A DNA stretch of 64,000 nucleotides. Origin: a virus. Lineage: Duplodnaviria > Caudoviricetes. Location of the stretch: the IMG/VR virus record IMGVR_UViG_3300014208_000027, positions 1 to 64,000 of that record; one strand, 5' to 3'. The notes below the pieces were generated by a model, which worked only from the letters and a program-made list of their open reading frames with translations, ran no database searches and had not been told where the DNA came from. Positions 46,497 to 56,843 of the stretch are shown here, in pieces; the first letter of the stretch is position 1, and the number at the start of each line of letters is the position of its first letter. A program made the translations under genes and the position numbers.

Positions 46497-46760
46497 ATGT
46501 CTGCTGATGAAATTTTGAAGATAATGGTTGAAAAGAATATTTCTTTAACTCCTGTGATTAAAACGGTGTTGAGGAGAAGAAAATGTTATGAAGAAGTTAT
46601 GTGGCATGCTGGGTATAGAAGATTATCTACTGATAAATGGTTAAACGTAACTCGTTCCAATGAATTTGCTATGGGGGAGACTCCAGAAGAGGCAATGAAA
46701 AAATTACTTGCTGGTGATGTTATGTACCCTAGACAAGTTTCTGACGATAGTGTTTTGTGA
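46497..46760 (+). CDS. Hypothetical protein
   Basis: Start moved to MSADE. Confidence 0.55.
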   Translation: MSADEILKIMVEKNISLTPVIKTVLRRRKCYEEVMWHAGYRRLSTDKWLNVTRSNEFAMGETPEEAMKKLLAGDVMYPRQVSDDSVL

Positions 46761-46776
46761 AGGAACAAAAAAATAA

Positions 46777-47094
46777 ATGCTACACGAGTCAAAATATATC
46801 TACTGTATCAATGTTTTTAATGTATGGAGTGGTGGTCAAGTTAGAGACGGTAGATGTTGGGGGTGGTTTAGACGATTTGAAGATGCTGAAAGCTGCGTAA
46901 AGGACAATGAACATGACATCTATGAAGGTGGGACGTATAATATGGCGTTGATAGAAAAGGTGGCAGAAGGTGTTACTTGTTTAGCAGTTGAAGAACATTG
47001 GTATAGTGTTAAATTTGACGGAAAGGGGTATAAAGTAACAGTATCCAATAAACCAGAAGATTTCAAACACATACACTTTTTTTCGTTTCAATAG
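46777..47094 (+). CDS. Hypothetical protein
   Basis: ORF track; SD AAGGA. Confidence 0.65.
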   Translation: MLHESKYIYCINVFNVWSGGQVRDGRCWGWFRRFEDAESCVKDNEHDIYEGGTYNMALIEKVAEGVTCLAVEEHWYSVKFDGKGYKVTVSNKPEDFKHIHFFSFQ

Positions 47095-47106
47095 AAAGGC
47101 GGCTGA

Positions 47107-47319
47107 ATGACAAAAGTTCTTAAGAATGATGTTGAGCTAAAGTCTCTCGGTATGAATGTATTTATTCCTTCTGGTTCGTCTGTATGTTGTATTGATGAAA
47201 CTGAAGATTTTTATAAAGTTTGTTATGAAATGAAGAATTTTTGGAATAATTCTGATAAACGATTACAAAATGTAGGGGTAGATGTAAATTTTTATGTAAA
47301 AAAATATGAGTTAGAATAG
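47107..47319 (+). CDS. Small SH3-like protein
   Basis: IPSGSSVCCIDETEDFYKVCY. Confidence 0.5.
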   Translation: MTKVLKNDVELKSLGMNVFIPSGSSVCCIDETEDFYKVCYEMKNFWNNSDKRLQNVGVDVNFYVKKYELE

Positions 47320-47547
47320 TTTTTCTAGTCTTTCTAGTTCCTGCCTACTATTTATTATTACAACCATAATTGCCAAAAATTTCACCTGATAAAGAACAAA
47401 TAAATTTAATCATTGAAAAGTCTTGGAAGACTAAACTTCAAGATTGTGCTCGCCATGAATCCGTGGCACAAAATAAAGATATATCTTATCTTGAACTTAT
47501 TAAGCAACTAATTTCTACCTTTTTAACAGGTTCCGGGAGAACTTAGC

Positions 47548-48804
47548 ATGGAAAGAAAAATTAAAATTTTTGCATTAGGTGACGCATGTGTAGCTCCAAG
47601 CGGAGTTGGATCCCAACTTAAATACATTTTCGATGCTCTACTAAAGTCTGGAAAATTTATAATTAGACAATTTGGTGGGGCTGTAAAACATGCAAGTTAT
47701 CAACCTATCAAATTAGAAGAGTATGGGGATGATTTAATTATTTACCCCGTAGATGGCTTTGGGACTAAAGAAATGGTTAGAAGTTTTCTAAGGAATGAGA
47801 AGCCGGATATAGTGCTATTGATGGCTGACCCAAGATTCCTTACGTGGCTCTTTGAAATTGAAAACGAAATTAGACCGCTATGTCCTGTATTGTGGTATAA
47901 TGTGTGGGATAACCTACCTTTACCTACATTTAACAAACCTTATTATTTATCATGCGACAAACTTGTAAGTATTTCAAAACTTACTAGTGGAGTTAATAAA
48001 GAACTTACACCGGAAGTTGAACAAGAATATCTTGGTCATGCTGTAAATGATTCTATTTTCAAACCTTTACCACTGGAGGATGTGTTGCGTTTTCGTTCCG
48101 ACACTGTCCCAACAGCTAAAGGAAAAATGTTATTTTTTTGGAATAATCGGAATGCTAGAAGAAAAAATTCCGGAACATTAATTTTTTGGTTTAAAGAGTT
48201 CTTAGATATTATTGGACACGATAAAGCTAGTCTGCTTATGAAGACGAATGTAAAAGATGAAAATGGGCCTGATTTAGAAGCAATTATAAGGTTTTTGGGG
48301 TTAACACACGGAGAAATTCTTTTCGGTCAAGACGTTTACCCGCCGGAAGTGATTTCGCTTATGTACAATATGTCTGATTGCACAATAAACATTGCCAATA
48401 ACGAGGGGTTCGGTCTATCAACTTTAGAAAGTTTATCTTGTGGCAAGCCAATTATTTGCACTAAAACTGGAGGGCTTACCGAGCAGGTTGAGTATGAAGG
48501 TGGTCCCGTTGGTTTTGGTATTAAACCTGAGAGTCAAATGTATGCAGGGAGCCAGCAAATCTCATGGATTCTGGAAGATGGTATTACCAAATCTGCATTT
48601 CTCAAGGCCATGATTGATTTTTATAACCTTTCTCAGGAAGAGCGAGATGTTATGGGTCGTAACGGTTGTGAACATGTCTTGAAGAATTATAATTTTCAAC
48701 GATATGGCCAACGGTGGGTAGAAATCATGGAAGAAGTACATGAAAAACACGGTTCTTGGGATACTCGCAAAAATTATAATCCCGTTTACTTTAAAAAATT
48801 CTAA
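47548..48804 (+). CDS. GT-B (GT4-like) glycosyltransferase
   Basis: NRNARRK, EGFGLSTLESLSCGKP. Confidence 0.88.
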   Translation: MERKIKIFALGDACVAPSGVGSQLKYIFDALLKSGKFIIRQFGGAVKHASYQPIKLEEYGDDLIIYPVDGFGTKEMVRSFLRNEKPDIVLLMADPRFLTWLFEIENEIRPLCPVLWYNVWDNLPLPTFNKPYYLSCDKLVSISKLTSGVNKELTPEVEQEYLGHAVNDSIFKPLPLEDVLRFRSDTVPTAKGKMLFFWNNRNARRKNSGTLIFWFKEFLDIIGHDKASLLMKTNVKDENGPDLEAIIRFLGLTHGEILFGQDVYPPEVISLMYNMSDCTINIANNEGFGLSTLESLSCGKPIICTKTGGLTEQVEYEGGPVGFGIKPESQMYAGSQQISWILEDGITKSAFLKAMIDFYNLSQEERDVMGRNGCEHVLKNYNFQRYGQRWVEIMEEVHEKHGSWDTRKNYNPVYFKKF

Positions 48805-48817
48805 AAGGAGAATTTCA

Positions 48818-49030
48818 ATGGCAAAAGAAAAAAGTTTTGATCGTAGTAATGATTTTGATCTAGTTTATTTCCAAAATGAGCTTGACAAACTGACTCAAAC
48901 AGTTAATAATCTTTCTAGTGATCTTGCTATGCTTAAAACGCGCGTGACAGGTAATTTGGCAGATCAACTTGCAGAGATGAAACAACATATTGAACAATTA
49001 GAAAATGTTATGCGCAAACAAGGATTTTGA
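48818..49030 (+). CDS. Small coiled-coil protein
   Basis: ATG after AAGGAG. Confidence 0.6.
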   Translation: MAKEKSFDRSNDFDLVYFQNELDKLTQTVNNLSSDLAMLKTRVTGNLADQLAEMKQHIEQLENVMRKQGF

Positions 49031-49031
49031 T

Positions 49032-49643
49032 ATGGCAACAAAGAAAATTGATGATACAATAAAAAAAACATTCGAAGAAGAACTCAATGTTATCTGTAAG
49101 CGCCATGAAAACAATGTAGCGCCTTGGGAAGTTGTAGCTGATCATCTTTGGCAAAGTTATAAAACATTTAGTGATACAGTTTTATGGCTTAAAAATGGAA
49201 GTTTTACCGAGGAACAAGAAAAAAAATGTCTTCTAGATTGCTGCAATACTAAAAAAGTTTTAGATAAGACTTCTGGTGTTGATGAAGTATTACTAGAAGA
49301 AAATTCTTTTCCACTTGTAGAAGATTATCAAGTTAAGCGTTATAATCGTGGGTATAGGGCTGGATATAGTGGAAAGTCTTTACCTTGGAATTTTACTAAA
49401 GAATACGTATTAGGGTTTGAAGATGGTAGAAATCAGTTAAAACTTGAAGAAGATAATAAAGTAGATTTCCAAAAGGAGCAAAAAAGTAAAAGTTACCAAC
49501 GAGGATATGACGCTGGTTATAATGGAGAGCCTTATAGGGGAAAGACAATCGATTATCAAGATGGATATGAATGGGGAGAAGCGGATTTTAAAGAAAATAA
49601 CAAAGACGGGAAAGTAAGTTCTGGAGTTATGTGGAAATTTTAG
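49032..49643 (+). CDS. Hypothetical protein with YxxGYxxG repeats
   Basis: RYNRGYRAGY, YQRGYDAGY, YQDGYEWG. Confidence 0.65.
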   Translation: MATKKIDDTIKKTFEEELNVICKRHENNVAPWEVVADHLWQSYKTFSDTVLWLKNGSFTEEQEKKCLLDCCNTKKVLDKTSGVDEVLLEENSFPLVEDYQVKRYNRGYRAGYSGKSLPWNFTKEYVLGFEDGRNQLKLEEDNKVDFQKEQKSKSYQRGYDAGYNGEPYRGKTIDYQDGYEWGEADFKENNKDGKVSSGVMWKF

Positions 49644-49662
49644 TTAATTTTGTAGGATACTG

Positions 49663-49983
49663 ATGAAAAACTTTTATTGTGAATGGTTTAATATATGCCA
49701 AAATGTAAAATTGTCTGAATCATTCATAGAGGAACACCAAGAAGAATTAGATTGGTCAATAGTATCTTCCTATCAAACTCTATCTGAAGACTTTATAGAG
49801 AAATTCAAAGATAAAGTGCATTGGGGACATATTTCAAGTAATCAATATTTGTCACAAGCCTTTATAGAACGATTTAAAAATAATGTAAATTGGGTGAATT
49901 TGTTTGCTAATAATAAGATATTGTTAAGAACTAGGCAATACTTCATGAATGAGTTTGTGCAAGGAAACAAAAAAGATGTCTAA
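49663..49983 (+). CDS. Divergent Trp-repeat family protein
   Basis: LDWSIVSSYQTLSEDFIEKFKDKVHWGHISSNQYLSQAF. Confidence 0.75.
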   Translation: MKNFYCEWFNICQNVKLSESFIEEHQEELDWSIVSSYQTLSEDFIEKFKDKVHWGHISSNQYLSQAFIERFKNNVNWVNLFANNKILLRTRQYFMNEFVQGNKKDV

Positions 49984-50305
49984 AAACGTAAAACAAAGAA
50001 AAATTTCCTTTGAGAGTGCACTTATAAATCTTTGCAAACAATATGAAGACGAATGGGATTGTCCATATTCTATTGTTTCTGAGCACCTTAGAAAAAATTT
50101 TATAACACTAAACGAAACGCTTCTTTTTCTGAAAAATAATACATCTTTTTTTAACCTACCTGTTTCAACCGTCATAGAAGACAAACACATTAAACGGTAT
50201 CAAAGAGGATATCAAGCGGCTTGGAAAGGTGGAAAATGTCTTGGCGATACGGAAGAATATAAAAAGGGCTATGAGGATGCAACACAAGAAAGTTTCTACT
50301 TTTAA
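49976..50305 (+). CDS. Paralog of 49032..49643
   Basis: FE..L..LCK..E..V.EHL N-terminus; RYQRGY, YKKGYED. Confidence 0.6.
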   Translation: MSKNVKQRKISFESALINLCKQYEDEWDCPYSIVSEHLRKNFITLNETLLFLKNNTSFFNLPVSTVIEDKHIKRYQRGYQAAWKGGKCLGDTEEYKKGYEDATQESFYF

Positions 50306-50323
50306 GTTTTAAGGGAAAATAAC

Positions 50324-52312
50324 ATGGCAAAGAAAAAAGTTTTACTTAAAGGACCAACCCTCGTTTTAGCAGGTTACGGACATCATTCGCGTACTGTACT
50401 AAGGTCATTACGAGCCTACGAAGATGTGTTCGACATTTACGTAGAACCACTAAACTGGGGGCATTGTTCGTGGCTCCATACTGATGATGAAGAAAGAAAA
50501 TATATTGATAGCCTGGTTATGAAGACTGCTCAATATCATCAAGTGAGTAATGGTAATCCTGAGTATGATATTATAGCGCATGTTTCAATTTTGGGAGAAT
50601 TTGAAAAAAAAGGTAGTGCTAGAATAGTTGGAATTACTGCTGGTGTTGAAAGTAATAAAATATCTCCTCAATGGCTTGAACGAACCCAAGTTTGTAACAA
50701 TATCATAACGATTTCTGAGCACGCTAAGAATGGTATAGTCAATACGACTTATGAAGCTAAAGACCAATTTGGTAACGTAGTAAAAGATTTTAAGTGTCAG
50801 ACACCAGTAAAAGTTATTGGTTATCCAGCTAATGCGTTTGAACCAGAACCTTTCCCAGAATTGGAACAAATTGATACAGATTTTAATTTTCTTACAATTT
50901 GCCAGTGGTCGCCAAGAAAGAACTTAGAGACGCTTATTTCTTCTTTTATTGAAGAACATCATGATAACTCTAATGTCGGGTTAGTATTAAAAGTAAATCT
51001 TGCTGCAAATTCTATAATTGACAGGACTCATACTGAGAATCGCTTGCAATATAATTTAAGCAAGTACCCCGATAAGAAGTGTAAAATTTATTTGATCCAC
51101 GGTGATTTGACTGAAAATAATCTTGCGGCTCTTTATTTGCATCCAAAAATTAAAGCTTATGTAAGTGTTGGACCGGAAGGATTCTGTTTACCTGCTTTTG
51201 ACGCTACCTTATATGGAATGCCTGTAATTACAATGCCTTGGGGTGGTTATACTGAATATTTGTATATGCCAATGAAGTCTAGCAAAGGGAAAGAATATAA
51301 TAAAGCTATGTTTGCTGAAATTGATTGGGAATTAAAGAAGATTCCTCAAGAAGCGGTTTGGGATGGGGTTTTGGTGGCTGATAGCTCATGGGGTGTAGTA
51401 AAGCCTGGAAGTTTGAAAGTTAGAATGAGGGATGTCCGAGGGTCATATCAAAAATACAAAGATATGGCTTTGAAGTTACAAGAGCATAATCTTGATAAGT
51501 TTAACGAAGAAAAAATCTATGCTGCCTATGCAAGTGAGATATTGGGAGAACCTATCAAACGGGTAACAATAGAAGAGTTGCCTGGAGTATCTCTTTTTAC
51601 TTCAGTATTTAGGTCAAAGTTGTATTTAGAGAATTTTTTCCAGGAAATGTCCAAACAAACTATTTTTAACAAATGTGAAATTTTACTTGGCCATCCAAAA
51701 ACCAGCCCAGATTTTGAGGAAGAGAAAAAAATAATTGACAGGTATATGGCTAAGCACAGTAACATCAGCTATTATGAACTAGAAGAAGATCCTGGTCTTT
51801 ATGGTGTATGGAATTATTTAATTCCTAAGACAAAATATGATATTATTAGTAATGCCAACACAGATGATGTTAGATCATATGACTGCTTAGAGAAGTGCAG
51901 TAGAGAGCTATATCTTAATCCAGAAGTCGATAGTTTGTACTTCGATCAAAAAATAACAAATGTTCCAAATCAGAATTTTTATGAAAACTCTTCAGAAGGT
52001 AGACAATATACTTTTGCGGAGTACTCTTTTGCTTATCTAAAAATGATGAATTTGACTTTTCACGCTATGCCTGTATATAGGAAGAGTATGCATGATAGGT
52101 GGGGTATGTATGATGCAAAGTATAAATCTAGCGGTGATTGGTGTTTTGCGTTAACTTGCGGCGCTGGTGGAGCAAAATTTAAAAAAATGGGAGAAGTTTT
52201 AGGTTTATATCTATTCAATGAGGTAGGTATCTCTACAAATCCGGCTAATTTTTCCTGGAAGCAACTTGAAGAAAAAGAAGTGTTTGAAAAATTTAAAGAT
52301 ATTAACTTATAG
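50324..52312 (+). CDS. Fused GT4-like + GT2-like glycosyltransferase
   Basis: QWSPRKN, EGFCLP..GMPVI; C-terminal NANTDD, SGDW. Confidence 0.82.
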   Translation: MAKKKVLLKGPTLVLAGYGHHSRTVLRSLRAYEDVFDIYVEPLNWGHCSWLHTDDEERKYIDSLVMKTAQYHQVSNGNPEYDIIAHVSILGEFEKKGSARIVGITAGVESNKISPQWLERTQVCNNIITISEHAKNGIVNTTYEAKDQFGNVVKDFKCQTPVKVIGYPANAFEPEPFPELEQIDTDFNFLTICQWSPRKNLETLISSFIEEHHDNSNVGLVLKVNLAANSIIDRTHTENRLQYNLSKYPDKKCKIYLIHGDLTENNLAALYLHPKIKAYVSVGPEGFCLPAFDATLYGMPVITMPWGGYTEYLYMPMKSSKGKEYNKAMFAEIDWELKKIPQEAVWDGVLVADSSWGVVKPGSLKVRMRDVRGSYQKYKDMALKLQEHNLDKFNEEKIYAAYASEILGEPIKRVTIEELPGVSLFTSVFRSKLYLENFFQEMSKQTIFNKCEILLGHPKTSPDFEEEKKIIDRYMAKHSNISYYELEEDPGLYGVWNYLIPKTKYDIISNANTDDVRSYDCLEKCSRELYLNPEVDSLYFDQKITNVPNQNFYENSSEGRQYTFAEYSFAYLKMMNLTFHAMPVYRKSMHDRWGMYDAKYKSSGDWCFALTCGAGGAKFKKMGEVLGLYLFNEVGISTNPANFSWKQLEEKEVFEKFKDINL

Positions 52313-52352
52313 TAACGAAAAACATAACCTTTTGCAATCATTATCGTGACCC

Positions 52353-53750
52353 ATGCCGCTTACTAAAAGTAATAATGTTGCCAGTTACTCTTTATGGGGT
52401 TGTAATCCTAAATATTTAATCGGTGCGCTAGAAAATGCTCGTTTAATTCCTAAAATTTATGAAGGGTTTTCTACACGTTTTTTTGTTGATAATTTAGTAC
52501 CTACTTCTATTATTTATCAACTCAAAGATCACGGCGCCGAAATTATTTTTACTAACGAGTTTGGCACCGCTCGTAACGGTATGTTTTGGAGGTTCAAATT
52601 TCTTCCTAATGATGATATTGTCCTTGTCAGAGATTGTGATTCTAGACCTTCAGAGCGTGAATTTGCTTGCTACACTCATTGGTTAACCACAGATAAAAAT
52701 GTTTCTACTATTGTAGACCATCCGTATCATCAAGAGTTTGTCCTTCCAGGACTTATGAATTTTAAAGCTCAGCATTTTTTAAATCTTTATGATACACTTG
52801 TCAATGTCTCTAAAAATATTGAGTATGGCGTAGATTATCAGGCATTTAGAGATATTTCCCATATCATTTCCCCGCAATTGATAACTTATGGCCGTGATGT
52901 AAAAATTCTTCATAAGCGAAACAAATTACATTTCGTGGGTGAGGTTTTCAACGCCGATGGTTCTAATGTTCAAGCCCATACTGATGCTTTACGTCACCAC
53001 CTTGATCAGTCAGAATCTCATTTATATATTTACCATCATCTCGGTCTAGGTGATTGCTTTGACCTTAACGCAGCAGTTCGTATTTTATTAGATCAGCATA
53101 ATCTTGAGCGCGTCTATGTCTTTTGTAAGCGCAAGTTTGAGAAAATTATTTCTTATATGTATCGTGATAATACTTCTATTATAGTACTTCCTATTGATGC
53201 TGATACTTATGAACAAGAAGTTAAAAATGTCTCTACTACAATTGGTAACGACCCTAATTTTTTAATCATTGGTCATAATAATTATCAGGCTCATGGTGGT
53301 AGAGAGAAAGAGCTTGGTAAGGCATGTGCAGAACTATTTTATGAACAAATTGGTATTCCTTTTGAACGCCGTTTTACAGACTGGAAATTTGAACGTGATT
53401 TACTAGAAGAAGAACGTGTCTTTAATAAGTTAAATCCTACAGGTGAAGATTATATATTTGTTCATCATGACCCTTCAAGAGGTTTTACGATTCCAGATAA
53501 AAAAATATTTGACATTTACGGAAAATCTGTTAAACTCGTTTATAACGATATGAGTGAAAACCCTCTACACTTTTTTAAGATTTTAGAAGAAGCTAAACAA
53601 ATTCATAGCATGGAAAGTTCTTTTAAATCGTTAATAGAAGTGTTAGAATTTAAAAAAGATGTATGGTTTCACAACTTTAGGCCCGGAGCTAGTTCATTTC
53701 TTGGCAAAACAAGACAAAATTGGAAAGAGATAACATATGCCAACGTATAG
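52353..53750 (+). CDS. Two-domain glycosyltransferase-like protein
   Basis: SYSLWG..Y..GA.EN, RDCDSR; HHLGLGD, HSMESSF. Confidence 0.6.
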   Translation: MPLTKSNNVASYSLWGCNPKYLIGALENARLIPKIYEGFSTRFFVDNLVPTSIIYQLKDHGAEIIFTNEFGTARNGMFWRFKFLPNDDIVLVRDCDSRPSEREFACYTHWLTTDKNVSTIVDHPYHQEFVLPGLMNFKAQHFLNLYDTLVNVSKNIEYGVDYQAFRDISHIISPQLITYGRDVKILHKRNKLHFVGEVFNADGSNVQAHTDALRHHLDQSESHLYIYHHLGLGDCFDLNAAVRILLDQHNLERVYVFCKRKFEKIISYMYRDNTSIIVLPIDADTYEQEVKNVSTTIGNDPNFLIIGHNNYQAHGGREKELGKACAELFYEQIGIPFERRFTDWKFERDLLEEERVFNKLNPTGEDYIFVHHDPSRGFTIPDKKIFDIYGKSVKLVYNDMSENPLHFFKILEEAKQIHSMESSFKSLIEVLEFKKDVWFHNFRPGASSFLGKTRQNWKEITYANV

Positions 53751-54042
53751 ATATGGATCAGTAATTTCAAGTTTAGAATTGACAACTAAAGATACTGTTC
53801 CTGGTTCTAACACTTTGAATGGTGAGATTCAGATTACTCATCACCAAGATCAAATTTTTATTGTGTCTTCTAAACAACCAATAGATTTAGATATTCCAGT
53901 TAAAAAATTAGGGCGACTACCACAAATTGATCTTACCATGGAAACTTATGTAAATCTTTCATCACTTTCTAATGATTTACAAGCTAAAGTTCGTGAAGAA
54001 CTGAAAGTACGCCGTGAAGTTAATGTCAGTCAAGAAACTTAA
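53737..54042 (+). CDS. Hypothetical protein
   Basis: ORF track. Confidence 0.55.
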   Translation: MPTYRYGSVISSLELTTKDTVPGSNTLNGEIQITHHQDQIFIVSSKQPIDLDIPVKKLGRLPQIDLTMETYVNLSSLSNDLQAKVREELKVRREVNVSQET

Positions 54043-54286
54043 ATACTTCACTTATGGCTTTGGTCCTCTCAACTATTCTCCAGAGCCAGGATCGGTTGAG
54101 TATGACTACTATCATTTCACAGAGAAAAATAGTGAGTTTTATAAAGTAAACTTTGACGGTGAAACATTTGATTGTTACATTGCTAATCCTAAAGAATTTT
54201 CACGCCTCAAAAATGAAGGAAAAATAGTCTCTACCTATGATAATGGGCTTGGAAAAGTATATCAAGTCAATCACAAATTGATGTAG
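54014..54286 (+). CDS. Hypothetical protein
   Basis: ORF track; start uncertain. Confidence 0.55.
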   Translation: MKLMSVKKLKYFTYGFGPLNYSPEPGSVEYDYYHFTEKNSEFYKVNFDGETFDCYIANPKEFSRLKNEGKIVSTYDNGLGKVYQVNHKLM

Positions 54287-54295
54287 AGGTTCACA

Positions 54296-54451
54296 ATGCA
54301 TACTTATCGCAAACAATTAGAAGAAATTAAAAAAGGTACTCTTGATTGTACAAAACTTCTTGAACTTGCAGAATCTATGTTATTAAGTTTAGAAGAAGCA
54401 GATGAAGAAATTGAGTATTTGCAAGATGAGATTGGGTACCTCAATGCTTGA
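54296..54451 (+). CDS. Small coiled-coil protein (51 aa, not in track)
   Basis: Own translation MHTYRKQLEEIKK...; SD AGAGG. Confidence 0.55.
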   Translation: MHTYRKQLEEIKKGTLDCTKLLELAESMLLSLEEADEEIEYLQDEIGYLNA

Positions 54452-55340
54452 TAATAATACTTTAATTTGTTATAATATTTGGCCATTGTTTGCCGATCAT
54501 ATTCTTGATTATTCTAAAGAATATTATAAGCATTATGGTGTTGAACGTCTTCATAATAAAGATAATTTTATTCCTGAAAACGTTAAAGAAGGTGAGATTG
54601 TTTTTGTTAAAACCGATTTTATTGCTGATGGAACTTTCTATCAACATTTTTTCCCGGGCATAAAGAATAAGTTTAAATTGATAACTGGGAATTCTTCTTA
54701 TCAGCTTGGAAATCATACTCCACTTGATCAACTTAAATCAATTTTAGATAGTCCTAAACTTATTACTTGGTTTTGTACAAATCCACCAGACCTAAAACAC
54801 GAGAAAATAGTTAGTTTGCCAATAGGTTTTGAAGAGATGAGTCGTGCAGGTGGCAATCAGCTTTTACTAAATAATGCTCGTAAACGTCAACGATATTTTT
54901 GGCACAAGGAAGATAAAGTTTTCCTTCCTTATCATGGCTCTACTAATCCTCAACGCGCCTCACAAGTTAATTTTCTTTCTTCCTTTGAATTTGTCAAAGC
55001 ACAACATGAAAAGCAAGATATTTTAGATTATTTAAATGATATTGATAAGTATAAATTTGTGATATGCCTTGGAGGCGCTGGTAACGATCTTCATCGTATT
55101 TACGAAACTTATCTTATGGGAAGTATTCCTATTGTTCAAAAATCTTCTCTAGAAAAACTCTTTTCATTTTATGACTTACCCGTTGTAATGGTTGATAGAT
55201 GGGAAAATTTTGATAAGTTGTTAATTGCTACCTATAGAGCGTATTCTCCAGGCGACGTACTCGTTAAAAAACTAGAGAATGTAGGTAGATTTTTAATGGC
55301 GTGTAATTATAAAAATCTCTTTGAAACAGGAAATTTTTAA
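54444..55340 (+). CDS. Exostosin (GT47)-like protein
   Basis: KYKFVICLGGAGNDLHRIYE..GSIPIV. Confidence 0.65.
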   Translation: MLDNNTLICYNIWPLFADHILDYSKEYYKHYGVERLHNKDNFIPENVKEGEIVFVKTDFIADGTFYQHFFPGIKNKFKLITGNSSYQLGNHTPLDQLKSILDSPKLITWFCTNPPDLKHEKIVSLPIGFEEMSRAGGNQLLLNNARKRQRYFWHKEDKVFLPYHGSTNPQRASQVNFLSSFEFVKAQHEKQDILDYLNDIDKYKFVICLGGAGNDLHRIYETYLMGSIPIVQKSSLEKLFSFYDLPVVMVDRWENFDKLLIATYRAYSPGDVLVKKLENVGRFLMACNYKNLFETGNF

Positions 55341-55741
55341 TGCTGATAGATGTTTCTATTGGTGAAGTATTTGATAAAGTAACGATTTTAGAAATTAAAC
55401 GAGAAAGAATAAAAGATATTGGTAAATTGTTTCACATTGAATACGAATTAAATATTCTTAATGAAACTTTGAGAAATTCTTTTAAAAAAGATTCCCCTAC
55501 ATTTCCAGAAGAACTTTACAATTCTCTCAAGTTAGTAAACGAACAACTTTGGGATCTTGAAGATGTTCTCCGGGAAAAAGAAAAAAATAAGTGTTATGAT
55601 GAAGAGTTTATTAAGTGTGCAGAAGGAGATTCTGTTCTAAATGATAAAAGGTTTCTTATTAAGAATGAAATAAATAATTGGTTTAAATCTGACATTAAAG
55701 AACAAAAGAGCTATAAGCATTTAGATTATAAAAATGAGTAA
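55340..55741 (+). CDS. DUF6165-like protein
   Basis: VSIGEVFDKVTILEIK..VNEQLWDLED..ND.R..IK..IN..EQKSY. Confidence 0.7.
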   Translation: MLIDVSIGEVFDKVTILEIKRERIKDIGKLFHIEYELNILNETLRNSFKKDSPTFPEELYNSLKLVNEQLWDLEDVLREKEKNKCYDEEFIKCAEGDSVLNDKRFLIKNEINNWFKSDIKEQKSYKHLDYKNE

Positions 55742-56843
55742 AAAAATGATTCCTCAGATTCAGCCTTATTTTGATCGTTCTGAATGGAAAGAAGTTAAAA
55801 AGGTTCTACGGTCAACCTATCTGACAGAAAATAAGGCTACTGAGACCCTTGAGGAGATGTTTTGTACTTATACAGGTGCCAAGTATGCTATCGCTGTTAA
55901 TAACGCCACTGTGGGGCTATACTGTTGCTTAAAGGCACTTGGTATTGGTGATAATCCTGATGATGAAGTAATTGTACCAAACTTAACTTTTATTGCTACT
56001 GCTAATGCTGTTTTAATGGCTGGTGCAAAAGTAGTTTTACATGACGTTAATTCTTATACATGTCAATTAAGTGTTGATGGGTTAGAAGAAAAAATAAATA
56101 AAAATACTAAAGCAATTATTCCTGTTCATTTATATGGTTATGCTGCCGAGATTGACACCATAAATGATATATGCGAAAGAAATTATATTTTTTGCATTGA
56201 AGATGCGGCACAAGCACTAGGTGTTCTTTATAAGGATAGACATGTAGGAACGCTTGGTACTTTTGGAGTTATTTCTTTATATGGTAACAAGAGTATTACT
56301 ACTGGTGAAGGTGGGATAATTCTTACAAACAGTGAAGAATTGTATAAGAAATGTTATCGTCTTAAAAATCATGGCAGAGAGAAGAAAGGTGTATTTATTC
56401 ATGAAGAGATAGGATACAATTTTTGCTTTACTGATTTGCAAGCTGCAATTGGTATTGCTCAAATGAATAAGTATGATAAAATTCTGAAGAGGAAAGAAGA
56501 AATTTTTCTTAACTATTGTAAAGGATTTGAAGGCATAGAAGAAATTGAATATTTTGATGAGAAAAATACAACTCCAAATTATTGGTTTTCATCATTTAAG
56601 TTCTCCAAAAGTACATCCTTAAAGTTTTATCTTGAAAAAAATGGAATTCAAACAAGAGATTTTTTCTACCCTTTAAGCCTACAACCTTGTTACAAAAACA
56701 GGGAAGATGTTATTATAGATGGTGATTCATTAAACAGTTGTAAGTTATATTCACAAAGTTTATCACTTCCATCATCTTTTAACTTGACAAATAGGCAACA
56801 AAAATATATTATAAGACGCATAAAGGAATTTTACGATACGTGA
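55734..56843 (+). CDS. DegT/DnrJ PLP aminotransferase, perosamine-synthase-like
   Basis: NNAT, PVHLYG, EDAAQA, YGNKSITTGEGG (Lys retained). Confidence 0.88.
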   Translation: MSKKMIPQIQPYFDRSEWKEVKKVLRSTYLTENKATETLEEMFCTYTGAKYAIAVNNATVGLYCCLKALGIGDNPDDEVIVPNLTFIATANAVLMAGAKVVLHDVNSYTCQLSVDGLEEKINKNTKAIIPVHLYGYAAEIDTINDICERNYIFCIEDAAQALGVLYKDRHVGTLGTFGVISLYGNKSITTGEGGIILTNSEELYKKCYRLKNHGREKKGVFIHEEIGYNFCFTDLQAAIGIAQMNKYDKILKRKEEIFLNYCKGFEGIEEIEYFDEKNTTPNYWFSSFKFSKSTSLKFYLEKNGIQTRDFFYPLSLQPCYKNREDVIIDGDSLNSCKLYSQSLSLPSSFNLTNRQQKYIIRRIKEFYDT

